A stretch of 60,039 nucleotides of DNA, the filler included, from Asterionella formosa (lineage: Eukaryota), in assembly GCA_002256025.1 (NCBI GenBank). It is 4 parts of 4 records of this genome, joined end to end, with 100 filler letters (N's around TTAATTAATTAA, not from the genome) between each part and the next. Parts side by side here need not be neighbours in the genome. Positions count along the whole stretch, not along the records: positions 1 to 14,951 come from NKIB01005663.1; positions 15,052 to 29,995 come from NKIB01005668.1; 2 more parts are not named here. One strand, given 5' to 3'. Both the position numbers and the translations under genes were made by a program. The notes under the pieces were generated by a model, which did not search any database, was not told the origin of the DNA, and saw only the letters and a list, made by a program, of their open reading frames with translations. Below, piece after piece: positions 12,987-23,567 of the stretch (position 1 is the stretch's first letter; every line of letters begins with the position of its first letter).

Positions 12987-14336
12987 TTGCTCGCCTGATT
13001 TTCTATGTACCTTTTTGTTTGCTATTTCTGTAAGAAGGCTAATACTGGTGTGAAGGACCAGCAGTACCATTTCTACGGTACCTGCTGGTACCTCGTACTA
13101 GGGTACCAGGAGAACGTAACACAAAAGATCTTCCGGTCGTACATACCGGTTCTACTGTATTGATTACTGGTATTCCTTCGTCTGGCTGACGCCGCCTATC
13201 ATAGTGTGCTTTACTATGCATACCATACCGGTAGTGGATGCCACCAGTAAATATTAGCTTACGTATTAAGGACCATGGTACCTGGTACCAATCCTACTAT
13301 AACATAGCCTGCGTACCGGTAATCAATTTCGCCCGCGAAAACAGAGATACCGGTAGCTCGTGTAATGGTGTACCTGTCCTGTGACATTCACCATGTAGGT
13401 GGACAATACTATGTTTTGCCAGGCAGCATCATTGGATTGCCGGAAGTTCTTTCTATTCTTGATGACTAGACTGATAAAGACAAGATTGCAATTGCAGTCA
13501 ATTTGTTATGCGATAATAGAGAGGGCACCAGAGCAGAAGGAATGCCTTGTTATCAAGTGGGGTACTCCTTCTGGTTGTAAATAATTATGGCGATTGTTAA
13601 AATTTCTCTGGGGCGATTTTGACTCCTACAATTTTCTCCAGCTCAATTGCCCTATTGAGCACAAACTCATAAGCTACAGATCGATGTATAGTGTATAGGT
13701 AGTAAATTTAAGATTGGCAACAACAAATCAAAAGCATGTTTTTGGGCTTTTTTGATTTTCACTCAAAGCTATCATCTAGAGAAAAATGTTGATGCATGAG
13801 GATCCATTTTTCTTCGAAACATCTACTCTCAACATACGTACGAAGTATGACACAACAGTAGAACCTTGCGTTCAATTATGGAATCCGCAACCCCGAAAGT
13901 GGCGATGATGGGAAGGAAGAAAATGACGGTATGCCCTCGTTGTGAGAAATGTATCCGTTAAATATCAGGAGTTATGGTCCATATAAGTGCAACAGCTGTA
14001 GAAAGTATACCAAATGACACTTATTCTATTCACGTTATAATTATGATGGTGACAAGTTGCATTTTTATGAAGCTGAATGACTTCTATCTCTTTCAAATTT
14101 GTACAATTGAATACAGTACTTACAGGAAGACCAAGCTTCTGAGCCAACTTGCAGTAAATTTGTCGCTGATGGCGATGTGGTATCAACTTGCTTGAAAGCT
14201 GTTGCTGATAATATCAAAGGGTGAGTAGTATTTTAGTATACATTTCTGGGACAGTGCCTGTTACTAGGTTTCATTATCTCCATTTGTGAATGATTCAAGT
14301 GTGTGCTTCCAGATAGTATGATAAAATCGATTTGAT

Positions 14337-14565
14337 TGACATCGAACTTTTGGCTGTTCCAAGGCGCCAGGAGAAAACCTATCCGGCCGCTTTGCCCGCC
14401 TGCCCCAACGATGTGGGGTGCTTGGGGGGCATCATGGGAGGATTTGAACTCCTCCCACCAGTTCATGTACTCGGGGATGTTTTTGAGGCACCCTGTCATC
14501 CATAAATGACCTGGTATCCAGTGAGACACCCTGCCCCTTCACCTGGGCGAGGTAGTGTGATGTCA
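14337..14565. mobile_element. GC-rich 229-bp island with TG...CA inverted ends; possible solo LTR
   Basis: Starts TGACATC and ends GATGTCA, in an AT-rich context. Flanks TGAT/AGAT match only 3 of 4 bases. Several internal hairpins. Confidence 0.3.
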
Positions 14566-14951
14566 AGATTTAGTACTGCGTGCATATTAGTTCAGTCGAA
14601 CTAATCAATCTTGAATAATATTCCAGCCAAAATCCCGTATTGAAATGCTGTGAGAATTTGAACAGCATTGATTGCCAAGAACTATATCAGCAAACCAAGG
14701 TAAATATTCGAATGGAGAATGTTCTAAGTAATCAATATTTCAATGAAGGAAAGTTATATATGCAATGCAGATAGCATTGAATATTCACGATTGTTCTACT
14801 AAGTGAGTGGAGTTGAGTTGTCAGTTGAGAATTGAATGTCTAACAACACAATGAATATCTATATACAAATTTGGGAAGAGATCCTTAATAATTGGTCATG
14901 TGAACGATTACAAGATAGATCAAATAAGCTCACAATAAGGTGGGATTAGAA

Positions 14952-15051
14952 NNNNNNNNNNNNNNNNNNNNNNNNNNNNNNNNNNNNNNNNNNNNTTAAT
15001 TAATTAANNNNNNNNNNNNNNNNNNNNNNNNNNNNNNNNNNNNNNNNNNNN
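14952..15051. other. Artificial scaffold-joining spacer (N44-TTAATTAATTAA-N44)
   Basis: Identical 100-nt construct also at 29996-30095 and 45024-45123; gives stops in all six frames. Confidence 0.97.
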
Positions 15052-15632
15052 ATAAATTCACAATTCACACTACCGAATTGTTCTGTGGTAGTTGTATTTG
15101 GCAAAAAGTTAAAAACCAATAGTTGTAGTGGTGCTTGTCGAGCAGCTGCAGTGGCTGTTACCAACGTTGTAGAGAGCGATACCAATTCTTCGATGGAGGA
15201 TGCCAGCTCTTCCCCCTTTGGACCAATCAACGTCATATCAGTAGCATAGACTAGTGAGGCAGTACTTATGGAAAGTGGCTTTAGCAGTACAAAGAAGAGT
15301 TGATCTGCCAAGGCTTGGAGTGTTGTATCAATTTGATCGTATCGTTGAAATGTGCTTTCTGGATACAACCCATCGATATCACTTGGATCCGTCACTGTCA
15401 CTGTCGTCGTTGTCGCTGTCATCCATATTGTATGCGGCGTTGTTGCTGCTGTTGTTGTTTCTTTCCGTACAACCGCTCCAAATGATGGGCGTGGTTTATG
15501 AATATTCGTATTGGCAGCTGATGGAAGGAAGGCGCAGCATTCTGAATGATGGTGGAAGAAAGTCAGCAAGAGCAGTGTCACTGTCGAAACTGACAATATG
15601 GATTCATTGTTCCACCTCCTCATATTATTCAT
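15052..15632 (-). CDS. 5' part of an unknown protein with signal peptide + 'AF' plastid-type presequence; cut by the scaffold end
   Basis: Hydrophobic TLLLLTFF then CCAFLPS, followed by a Thr/Ser-rich transit-like segment. The ORF runs into the spacer. Confidence 0.55.
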
Positions 15633-15889
15633 ATTAGTTTCTGTACAGTACTTTGTATCGTTCGCGTCGGCTTTCTATCAAAACTAGTGAGTGTAGTGGA
15701 CTAAATTTTTGTCCAGATCATCAAGTACCGTATGGGTTTCCGGCCTGAGAGTCGACTCAGTTCTGCTTGCCCATGATGGCTCCTAATGTTGTCCCTTTAT
15801 GTAGTATTTGGAACGCAGTACTGATAGTACTTACTATTCGAATTGCAATGATAATACGGAATATTTATATACCAGAATAATAGTCCCGA

Positions 15890-16121
15890 AATTCTACCAA
15901 GGTAGTATTTTCTCGTAGGCCTCGGTAGTCTTCTACTGAGGACAGAAAATACCTCCAAGGTATTGGCAAATATTTACGTGGTCAGTATGAGGTATGTAAC
16001 AGGTCAAAATTCTACCATGTAGAATTTTTGGTAGAATTTGTTATCTCGTTTTGGTAGTATATTCTACCAATCATAATAACGAGGTTAGGGTTAACAGTGA
16101 TATTTTCAAGAAAATTCTACC
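15890..16121. repeat. Cluster of short hairpins built on ATTCTACC/GGTAG
   Basis: ATTCTACC-AA-GGTAGTAT, CCTCGGTAG-TCTT-CTACTGAGG, AATACCT-CCA-AGGTATT, AAAATTCTAC-CAT-GTAGAATTTT and TTGGTAG-TATATT-CTACCAA. Confidence 0.6.
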
Positions 16122-16651
16122 TGCAAGGAAAAGGAGAGCAATACCGGTACCTGTATATGTTCTATCTACCGATAATTTCGGTAGTCCATAATTACTTCAT
16201 TCTTAAAGTTCCTTTAACCCGTCTCAACTGTAATAATCACTGTTAATGATACTCGCTGCTTTTCTATACAAGGATGCATGGACGCGAGATTGAGATACGA
16301 GGATGATGGACTTTCGAATGGTAAGGCAAAAGATGGCAACAACACAGTATGCCCTGCTCGCTCACACTCCCATCGAACACAACACAGCAACAATCCTGCG
16401 GATTCAACAGCACATGGTACATCCGTCACGTGGAAACATCGCCCTCCAAGCACTGTAAAATGCCGTCACCACCCGAAGGTCGGTCGCTTCCGTTGCATTT
16501 CAGGCTATGTACCAAACCGTTCACACCGCGGACCAGCCGCCGCAAAACATGGCTGATTCTGGGATTCAAGACAAGTTGAGGACGGATCTGTTGCTGGGAG
16601 TGGAATTCAACTAAACAGAATGTGGGACCGAAAGGATAGATCCTGAACTCA

Positions 16652-17150
16652 AAGTGGTTGTTGCGTGAATTCAACAGACTGCCACACTTTCTTGAGCATC
16701 GTCTTGAACCTTCATATACACCAAAACTATTTGAACTGTTTTACTCAGTCTGAAATTGTGACGACTTTTGGAAGAATTTGATGCTCGTGGGTGGTTCACT
16801 TGGAGCAGTTTTATTGGTCTTTGCTGCACTTAACAATGCTTTTTTACTTCACTTCAAGATTGGCAATTGGAATCTTCTAGTATGGTATGTTGGTGTGCTG
16901 GGTATAATTAACTCGACAGGAAAGGCTATGCTCCCAGATCCAAAGATTCACCCCTGATACACTCGCAACATCTTTGCCAAGGTTGAAAACTGCCTTGCTT
17001 TCGCAGTTTGTAGTTCATATCCATTTCTATCCTGATATTTGGAATGGGTGTGGTTGGTTAAAAGTGTACATAACCATGTACCATGCACAAAACTATTTGC
17101 TTGTCCATGAAGGTTTAGTGGTGATGGCGTTCCTCCAGTTGTGGTGGTTC
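16652..17150 (+). pseudogene. ATG9: Decayed fragment of autophagy protein ATG9
   Basis: Manual translation with frameshifts and a stop: KWLLREFNRLPHFLEHRLEPSY/YLNCFTQ/LMLVGGSLGAVLLVFAALN..LLHFKIGNWNLLVWYVGVLGII..GKAMLPD.../HIHFYPDIW. This matches the ATG9 core W.FREFNELPH.F..RL..SY and the later H.HY.P..W. Confidence 0.75.
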
Positions 17151-18350
17151 CAATGGACATGACAGCACCATCTACAGTTGGAACTAGTGTGAATGTTGAG
17201 GGGCAAATTCAACAATTAACAAGCAGGCAACGATTTGCAATTATAGTTGGACCTCATTATGGTTCTGGCCTACAAGCAACTGTATGTAATCCCAGCAAGG
17301 CCCCAACAAAGTTGCAAGGACTTTGTGAAGTTGGAATTGCAGAGAGAAAGTCAGTCAGGCTATTTACAAGGCTTGAGAGGGGGAGGAATAAATGATTTTA
17401 TTATTGGGTAAGTTACAGAGCAGATTACCAGTAGTTGTGGTTAAGTGCTCATACAATGATCAACAGAATATATGAGGCATATTGTCAAGAACTTTCATTG
17501 ACCCACATTTTCAACAAAATGCTTATTGATTGATACAATGGTGGAAATCCACAACTACGTGTTTAGTTTATTACTACCACATTAACTAGCATGCACATTA
17601 TTACATTCTCATTGTTTCCATGTAATGTTATTCATTTGATATGAGTTGATTTACCGATGTGTTAATATGATACACAAAATTAATGATCACTCTGCATACC
17701 GGTATACCGGTACGTATATTGAATTGCACGACGAAGTACCTGGTACCTGGTACATGGTACCTGTAATGAGTAAAGGTACCTGGTGTCAGGTACAGCAACT
17801 GGTACTGATGGTCATGCTGATGAGCGATATGCAAACATTCATGATCAGGTACTGGCTTTGTACAGTGTGCTAGTAAATTACTAGTGCACTAGCTTCCACT
17901 ACGGGTAGCATTCTCCATCGAATAAAAAGTGAATACCTATATAATAATGAAGGAAAAACATAGATAACAAATAAGGTATAATATATTATAGTCATACATA
18001 TGGATATAAAACAGATGGTATTGTGATGTAATGCTCAGCCAATTCCAACCAATTGTGGTTTCATGATGAACGCAGTATCAGTCTCCTTTATTCTTGTGAA
18101 GACAAGAAATTGAAATTATAATCACATTTAAATAGCGCCTTAAGACCACTCTTGTTACCCTGCATGGTTTACACTTAAGGGTAATCTAGTTCATTCACTG
18201 ATCTTTGCCGGGTTTAATTCTAGCTTTGAAATTTTTTAAAGATTACTTATGGGATACTGCTTCCTAGAGTATAAGTCTTTGTTTAGTCTAGGTGACCCTT
18301 TACCATGTCAAAACATGTTGAGCACCTTTGCTTGCATTGTCTACTAGCTA

Positions 18351-18790
18351 ATATGCAAAGGAATGTAAAAATCACCCCAGAAATTGGCAAGGAAATGACA
18401 GAGCAGATTTCTACAAATGTAGAATAAACATCTCAATTGCTTTCTGGCATTTTCAATGCAAATACTATAGTAAGTTATCACTGCAGATACCATTCATATT
18501 TACAATGACTTATGCTCTTATTTGGCAGATCAATGTGAATTATTTCAGGGGATGTAAAGGATTGTGCTAATTGTGAATGAATCTAAATTTTAGTATCATC
18601 GCAAGTGTGTCAACAAAATATGCAAAGGAATGTAGCAGAATTATTAGCCCAGAAATTGACCGGGAAATGATGCAACAGATCCTATTGTATGTAGAATGAA
18701 ACATCGCAATTGGTTTCTTACACTTTTCAATGCAAATGCTATCAATATATCCATATAAAGTTATCATCGCAGATACCATTCACATAATTT
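18351..18790. repeat. Diverged direct duplication of ~150-170 bp (period ~267)
   Basis: ATATGCAAAGGAATGTA...CCCAGAAATTG...ATGTAGAAT...TTTTCAATGCAAAT...AAGTTATCA..GCAGATACCATTCA occurs at ~18351 and ~18618. Confidence 0.75.
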
Positions 18791-19313
18791 CCAATGTATG
18801 TACCGGTAAGTAAATTAATTATCTACCGGTATCACTCAATTTTGTTCGTTATCAGCCATTCTGGATCAGATTTGTTGTAAATAAATAGCGAGCAATTGAT
18901 AATGTATAACGGTATAGAGATAAGATAGATATACATTAGCAAACACCGGTATGTACATCATTTACAGGAAGCAATCATGTCGATCGCTGGCTTGGGAAAG
19001 CGACGTTAAATAGAATAGGGGCAATATGTAGGATCTTTACGAGGTCCTCAAGAAACCTCGTAGGATATCTGAGAAGGTGATACGAGCTCAAACACGTCAT
19101 GTGTTTGTTTTTATGGACCGATATGCTAATAATGCATATGTATACCGGTACTTACATACCAAACAACATGATATATAGTAGCAATACGGATATGCCCATT
19201 GTTCTGGTAAACAATACACACCCGTGCCGGTATGAAGATGCATAGACTACAACTACCACTTAACCAGTATTCTAATTACTAAACCTGGTACCGGTAACCC
19301 CTCTCTGGTACGA

Positions 19314-19410
19314 GCAAGTTGCAGAAATTGTGCTAAAACGAAAACTTTTTTAGCTTTTTTGTATGCCATATATTGAATTGTTTTTTTTAAGCAGAATGAC
19401 CGGAACGGGC
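19314..19410. mobile_element. ~88-bp MITE-like element, degenerate copy 2
   Basis: GCAAGTTGCAGAAATTGTGCTAAAAC...CCATATATTGAATTG...TAAGCAGAATGACCGGAAC. Confidence 0.6.
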
Positions 19411-19717
19411 ATGTATCGTATTTCATTGTGGTTGTTACGCAATGTGCTACTATCTGATGATACCAGGTAAAAGGTCTGGTACAAACCAACGACATGGCTG
19501 CATGAAATTTCACCTACCGGTACCTGGTACCGATATCCACACAGAACAATGCTATGAAGTAACTGACAAATTACTTTCAAGATATAATTCAAAACATTGT
19601 TGGAATCCATCTTTGCTTCCAATTTGTTTTTGATCGGACGACAAATCTTTTGTTTTCGACGCAATGCATATCAATACTCGGAGTAGTACATAATATCTAT
19701 CCTGTCTACATCCCAAC

Positions 19718-21046
19718 ATGTTGTCCTCCCTCTTTCAACGAAACATGAAGCCAAGCGCCCTCCTGATAAGTCCTTCTAGAGATGGCTCCTCACACGAGGG
19801 CACTCCTGCTCTCGAAATGGAATACGAATATCCCGAACAAGAGTCAGCTCAGCTAATTTCCCCAAGGAAACTTGGGACTCCAAGGACTCCCAAGGATGTG
19901 GAAGCTCCCCCTAGCGAAGAAGATCCCGTCAAACCTCCCTCTACAATAGAATCGACTTCTGTTATTACCAAAACTGGTCTGCAAGTTCTTGTTCTACTCG
20001 CCGTGCAAAACTGCAGCAAGAATTTATTGATGCGACACGTTATGAAGGACCGACCCGATTTTCTCACCTCTGCGGCTGTCTTGGGATGTGAAGCCACCAA
20101 ACTCACTTTGTCAGTACTGTACATTCTGATCATTGATAGAGGCTCTTTGGAAAGTATTTATCAATTCCTAAAGGACGACTTCAGAAACATGCTCTTATTG
20201 AGCGTCCCGGCTGGAGCCTACAATCTTCAAATGTCACTCGAATACGTGGCTTTGGCCAATTTAAATGCTGCTGTCTTTTCGGTATTGGTGCAGACCAAAT
20301 TGCTAGCAACGGCCACTTTTTCTTCTCTCATTTTGAAAACGAAATTGAAAGTGGTTCAAATTATTAGTTTGCTACTCCTCACTGTTGGAGTTATGCTCAT
20401 CAACATTGATAACATTGGTACAACTGCGGAAGATGCAAAGAATGTAGCAATGAAGGGAATTATTGCGACGTTAGGTAAGTTTGAATTTAGAGGAGTGCGG
20501 CAGAATAATTTTTTGCCCATTAGTAAATGGCTGATTTACAAATAAAAGGAATCGCTCCTGACACTTTGAATTTTCTCCAACACAGGAATTGCATTGTCAT
20601 CAGGGTTTGCTTCTGTATACACGGAAAAGGTTATTAAAGCCCAACGCAGCAAGACCATTACCCGTCAAAACTATTCCCTGGCATATTTGCAAGTGCAACT
20701 AGCTTTAGCCTCCATGATTATTATTGGTTTATGGGCTGTGGCGACAGACTACAAGAAGATTATGGAATTCGGTCTTTGGCACAACTTTACGCCCGGCGCG
20801 TATTTTTCTATTTTCAACTCTGCCATTGGTGGTTTGACCGTAGCAGCTGTGTTAAAGTACGCAGATAGTGTCTTGAAAGGATATGCAACTGCCATGAGTG
20901 TCGTGTTGACTGGGGTGGCCAGTATGATACTATTTGACACCACGTTGAATGCGGTGTATGCATTGGGAATTATTAATGTGGTTTGCGCTGTGCTATTGTA
21001 CAATGCGAAGAATTTGGACCGGAATGTTGGATGTTACTCGAACTAA
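19718..21046 (+). CDS. Nucleotide-sugar transporter (SLC35A; UDP-Gal/UDP-GlcNAc/CMP-Sia-like); intron 20475-20585
   Basis: LAVQNCSKNLLMR, SVPAGAYNLQMSLEYVALANL, QTKLLATATFS, LSSGFASVYTEKVIK and GGLTVAAVLKYADSVLKGYAT. Intron is GTAAGT...CAG. Confidence 0.93.
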
Positions 21047-21248
21047 TAATGTTTGGGACTGACAGGACGGGGTGTTGATGTATTTGAATGTCACCATTTT
21101 TCAAGAGGCAAATACCCGTATTCAATAATGCTTATCTGTCGATTCATAATTTTGTACACATGAATATAGCACGTATAATAGTAATTGTTGAAGCTTGTCT
21201 ACACATGAAGACTGTTTGAGCAATGGCATGACATGGCATCGAATTAGA

Positions 21249-22556
21249 CTAATACTGTTTCCTAACGCCAGTAATTAGAACCCAACCATTGAGTTCTTGT
21301 TCGAGCACAACATGACTAAAATCTTCCTCATATGCCTTAATGACCATCTCTGCTTGAGTAGCTAAAATCCCACTCAATCCCAAAACTCCATCTGGTTTGA
21401 GGAGTCCTGCCAGTGTGGGTGCCAAAGTGATCAAGGGTACTGCCAAAATGTTTGCCACCAAGGCATCATAAATAGGGCCAGTTTTATCCTTTGGTAGTTC
21501 CTCAGCGTCAGCATCTTCATTGATATGATGACTCTTGACCAATAACATGGATTTGGATTCCATATCGTGCATTTCTTCCTGTTTCAAGAAACTTGGTAAA
21601 TATGATTTCATGTTGAGATTATTAATTGCAGAATTCTGATTCGCAATTCGTACTGCATCCACATCAATGTCAACTCCAATTGCTTCTACCGCATTATTCG
21701 AAAAGGCTGACACTGCCAATCCCAATACTCCTGATCCTGTTCCATAATCCATCACCTTTTGGATGTTTGGTTGTTGTTGCAAGACACGTTGAATCCACCC
21801 AAGACACAATTGAGTGGTCGGGTGTTCTCCTGTCCCAAAGGCAATTCCACCCTCCAATCGAATTTGCACAATAGATTCATCTGCACCAGCAATACATTCC
21901 AAAACATGTTCGTCGGTATGCCAAGGAAATCTCAAAACAATGCCATTGACAAGGATTGGTTTCCAACTTTGTTGTACATGAATGACCCAATCCCTATCAA
22001 CAACGTCAGATACAGAACTAGAATGGAGTGGAATGTTCAATGCGTCTTGTACCAATTCAGCCACCCATTCCAAACTAGCACTACTAGCAAAGTGCGCCTG
22101 CACATGACATTTTTTCCAAATGGGCACCACGGATCCATCCATGATTGGGTCCGGAAAGTATCCTGGCTCTTGATAAATGGCATGTTCCATATCCGTCCCA
22201 TAATCAGCATCCGTAATACTTGTACTACAAGCACCTAATTCCATTAGGAAATCACATAATAATTGCGGTTGATGTTGCTCTCTTGATAAGTTTGCAAACG
22301 TCATACTCCGAAGTGCAGCTGGTGACAATGGTGTAGTATTAGTTGCCGTACTGTCATCCAATTCACTGTTTGTATTCGTATTCGATAACGCTGAATGTAG
22401 GAGCATTGCTCCTTTCGGTACTGGTACTGACAATGGTTGTCGAGTGGTGGACCGTGATGTTATTATTGCCGATACTGATACACCAAAGGCTGCCATTGAT
22501 GTTGGCATGATGGAACCAAGGATTAACAAAATCAAAATGAAGGAGAGTCTCATCAT
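21249..22556 (-). CDS. prmA: Ribosomal protein L11 methyltransferase, probably plastid-targeted
   Basis: DWV...QQSWKP, LEGGIAFGTGEHPTTQLCL, VMDYGTGSGVL, GVDIDVDAV, YDALVANILA and LSGIL. N-terminus is a signal peptide followed by MAAFGV. Confidence 0.93.
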   Translation of the reverse strand: MMRLSFILILLILGSIMPTSMAAFGVSVSAIITSRSTTRQPLSVPVPKGAMLLHSALSNTNTNSELDDSTATNTTPLSPAALRSMTFANLSREQHQPQLLCDFLMELGACSTSITDADYGTDMEHAIYQEPGYFPDPIMDGSVVPIWKKCHVQAHFASSASLEWVAELVQDALNIPLHSSSVSDVVDRDWVIHVQQSWKPILVNGIVLRFPWHTDEHVLECIAGADESIVQIRLEGGIAFGTGEHPTTQLCLGWIQRVLQQQPNIQKVMDYGTGSGVLGLAVSAFSNNAVEAIGVDIDVDAVRIANQNSAINNLNMKSYLPSFLKQEEMHDMESKSMLLVKSHHINEDADAEELPKDKTGPIYDALVANILAVPLITLAPTLAGLLKPDGVLGLSGILATQAEMVIKAYEEDFSHVVLEQELNGWVLITGVRKQY

Positions 22557-22894
22557 GTTGATTGGTGTGTTGGAATAGTTAGTGCACAACAAGAAAGTAT
22601 TATTATTAGTGTATAATGATAGCGGTGGCTTTGCTATAAAATTGTCGTTTCATACTCCGGAGTACATGTAATGAATAGTGAGGATTGAGGATTGAGCTAA
22701 AAGGCAACCATACAACATAACATCGCTCGCATCGAACACATAATTGAACGGGAAATACAACGTAGCATGGAAAATAGTTGAATGGCTCTGAAACAATCTG
22801 GATCACACTCATTGGTAACTACAACAGGGGCAATACCACTACTGGTACTACATACCGGGATGTGATCACGAGTACCTGGTAGCTAGGAGGACCT

Positions 22895-22984
22895 GCAAGT
22901 TGCGGTAATTTTGCTTAAACTAACAATTCAATATGGGATAAAGATAGCTAAACTTTTGGTTTCAGCAAAACTTCCGCAACTTGC
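22895..22984. mobile_element. ~88-bp MITE-like element, copy 3 (opposite orientation to copy 1)
   Basis: GCAAGTTGCGGTAATTTTGCT...AATATGGGATAAA...AGCAAAACTTCCGCAACTTGC. Confidence 0.75.
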
Positions 22985-23567
22985 TGGTGGTATCTTCCAT
23001 TCGTTAAGTGCTTCTTCAGCTTTCGTCCTTTTTTTCCATCTCGAACGAATTTCACACGTGGAAGTTGGCCAACAGGAATGTTACAAGAACTTACTTGTAC
23101 GATACCNNNNNNNNNNNNNNNNNNNNNNNNNNNNNNNNNNNNNNNNNNNNNNNNNNNNNNNNNNNNNNNNNNNNNNNNNNNNNNNNNNNNNNNNNNNNNN
23201 NNNNNNNNNNNNNNNNNNNNNNNNNNNNNNNNNNNNNNNNNNNNNNNNNNNNNNNNNNNNNNNNNNNNNNNNNNNNNNNNNNNNNNNNNNNNNNNNNNNN
23301 NNNNNNNNNNNNNNNNNNNNNNNNNNNNNNNNNNNNNNNNNNNNNNNNNNNNNNNNNNNNNNNNNNNNNNNNNNNNNNNNNNNNNNNNNNNNNNNNNNNN
23401 NNNNNNNNNNNNNNNNNNNNNNNNNNNNNNNNNNNNNNNNNNNNNNNNNNNNNNNNNNNNNNNNNNNNNNNNNNNNNNNNNNNNNNNNNNNNNNNNNNNN
23501 NNNNNNNNNNNNNNNNNNNNNNNNNNNNNNNNNNNNNNNNNNNNNNNNNNNNNNNNNNNNNNNNNNN

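Noticed and set aside
14996..15007. TTAATTAATTAA as a biological motif (e.g. piggyBac target)
   Set aside because: Embedded in fixed-length N runs three times, so it is an assembly linker.
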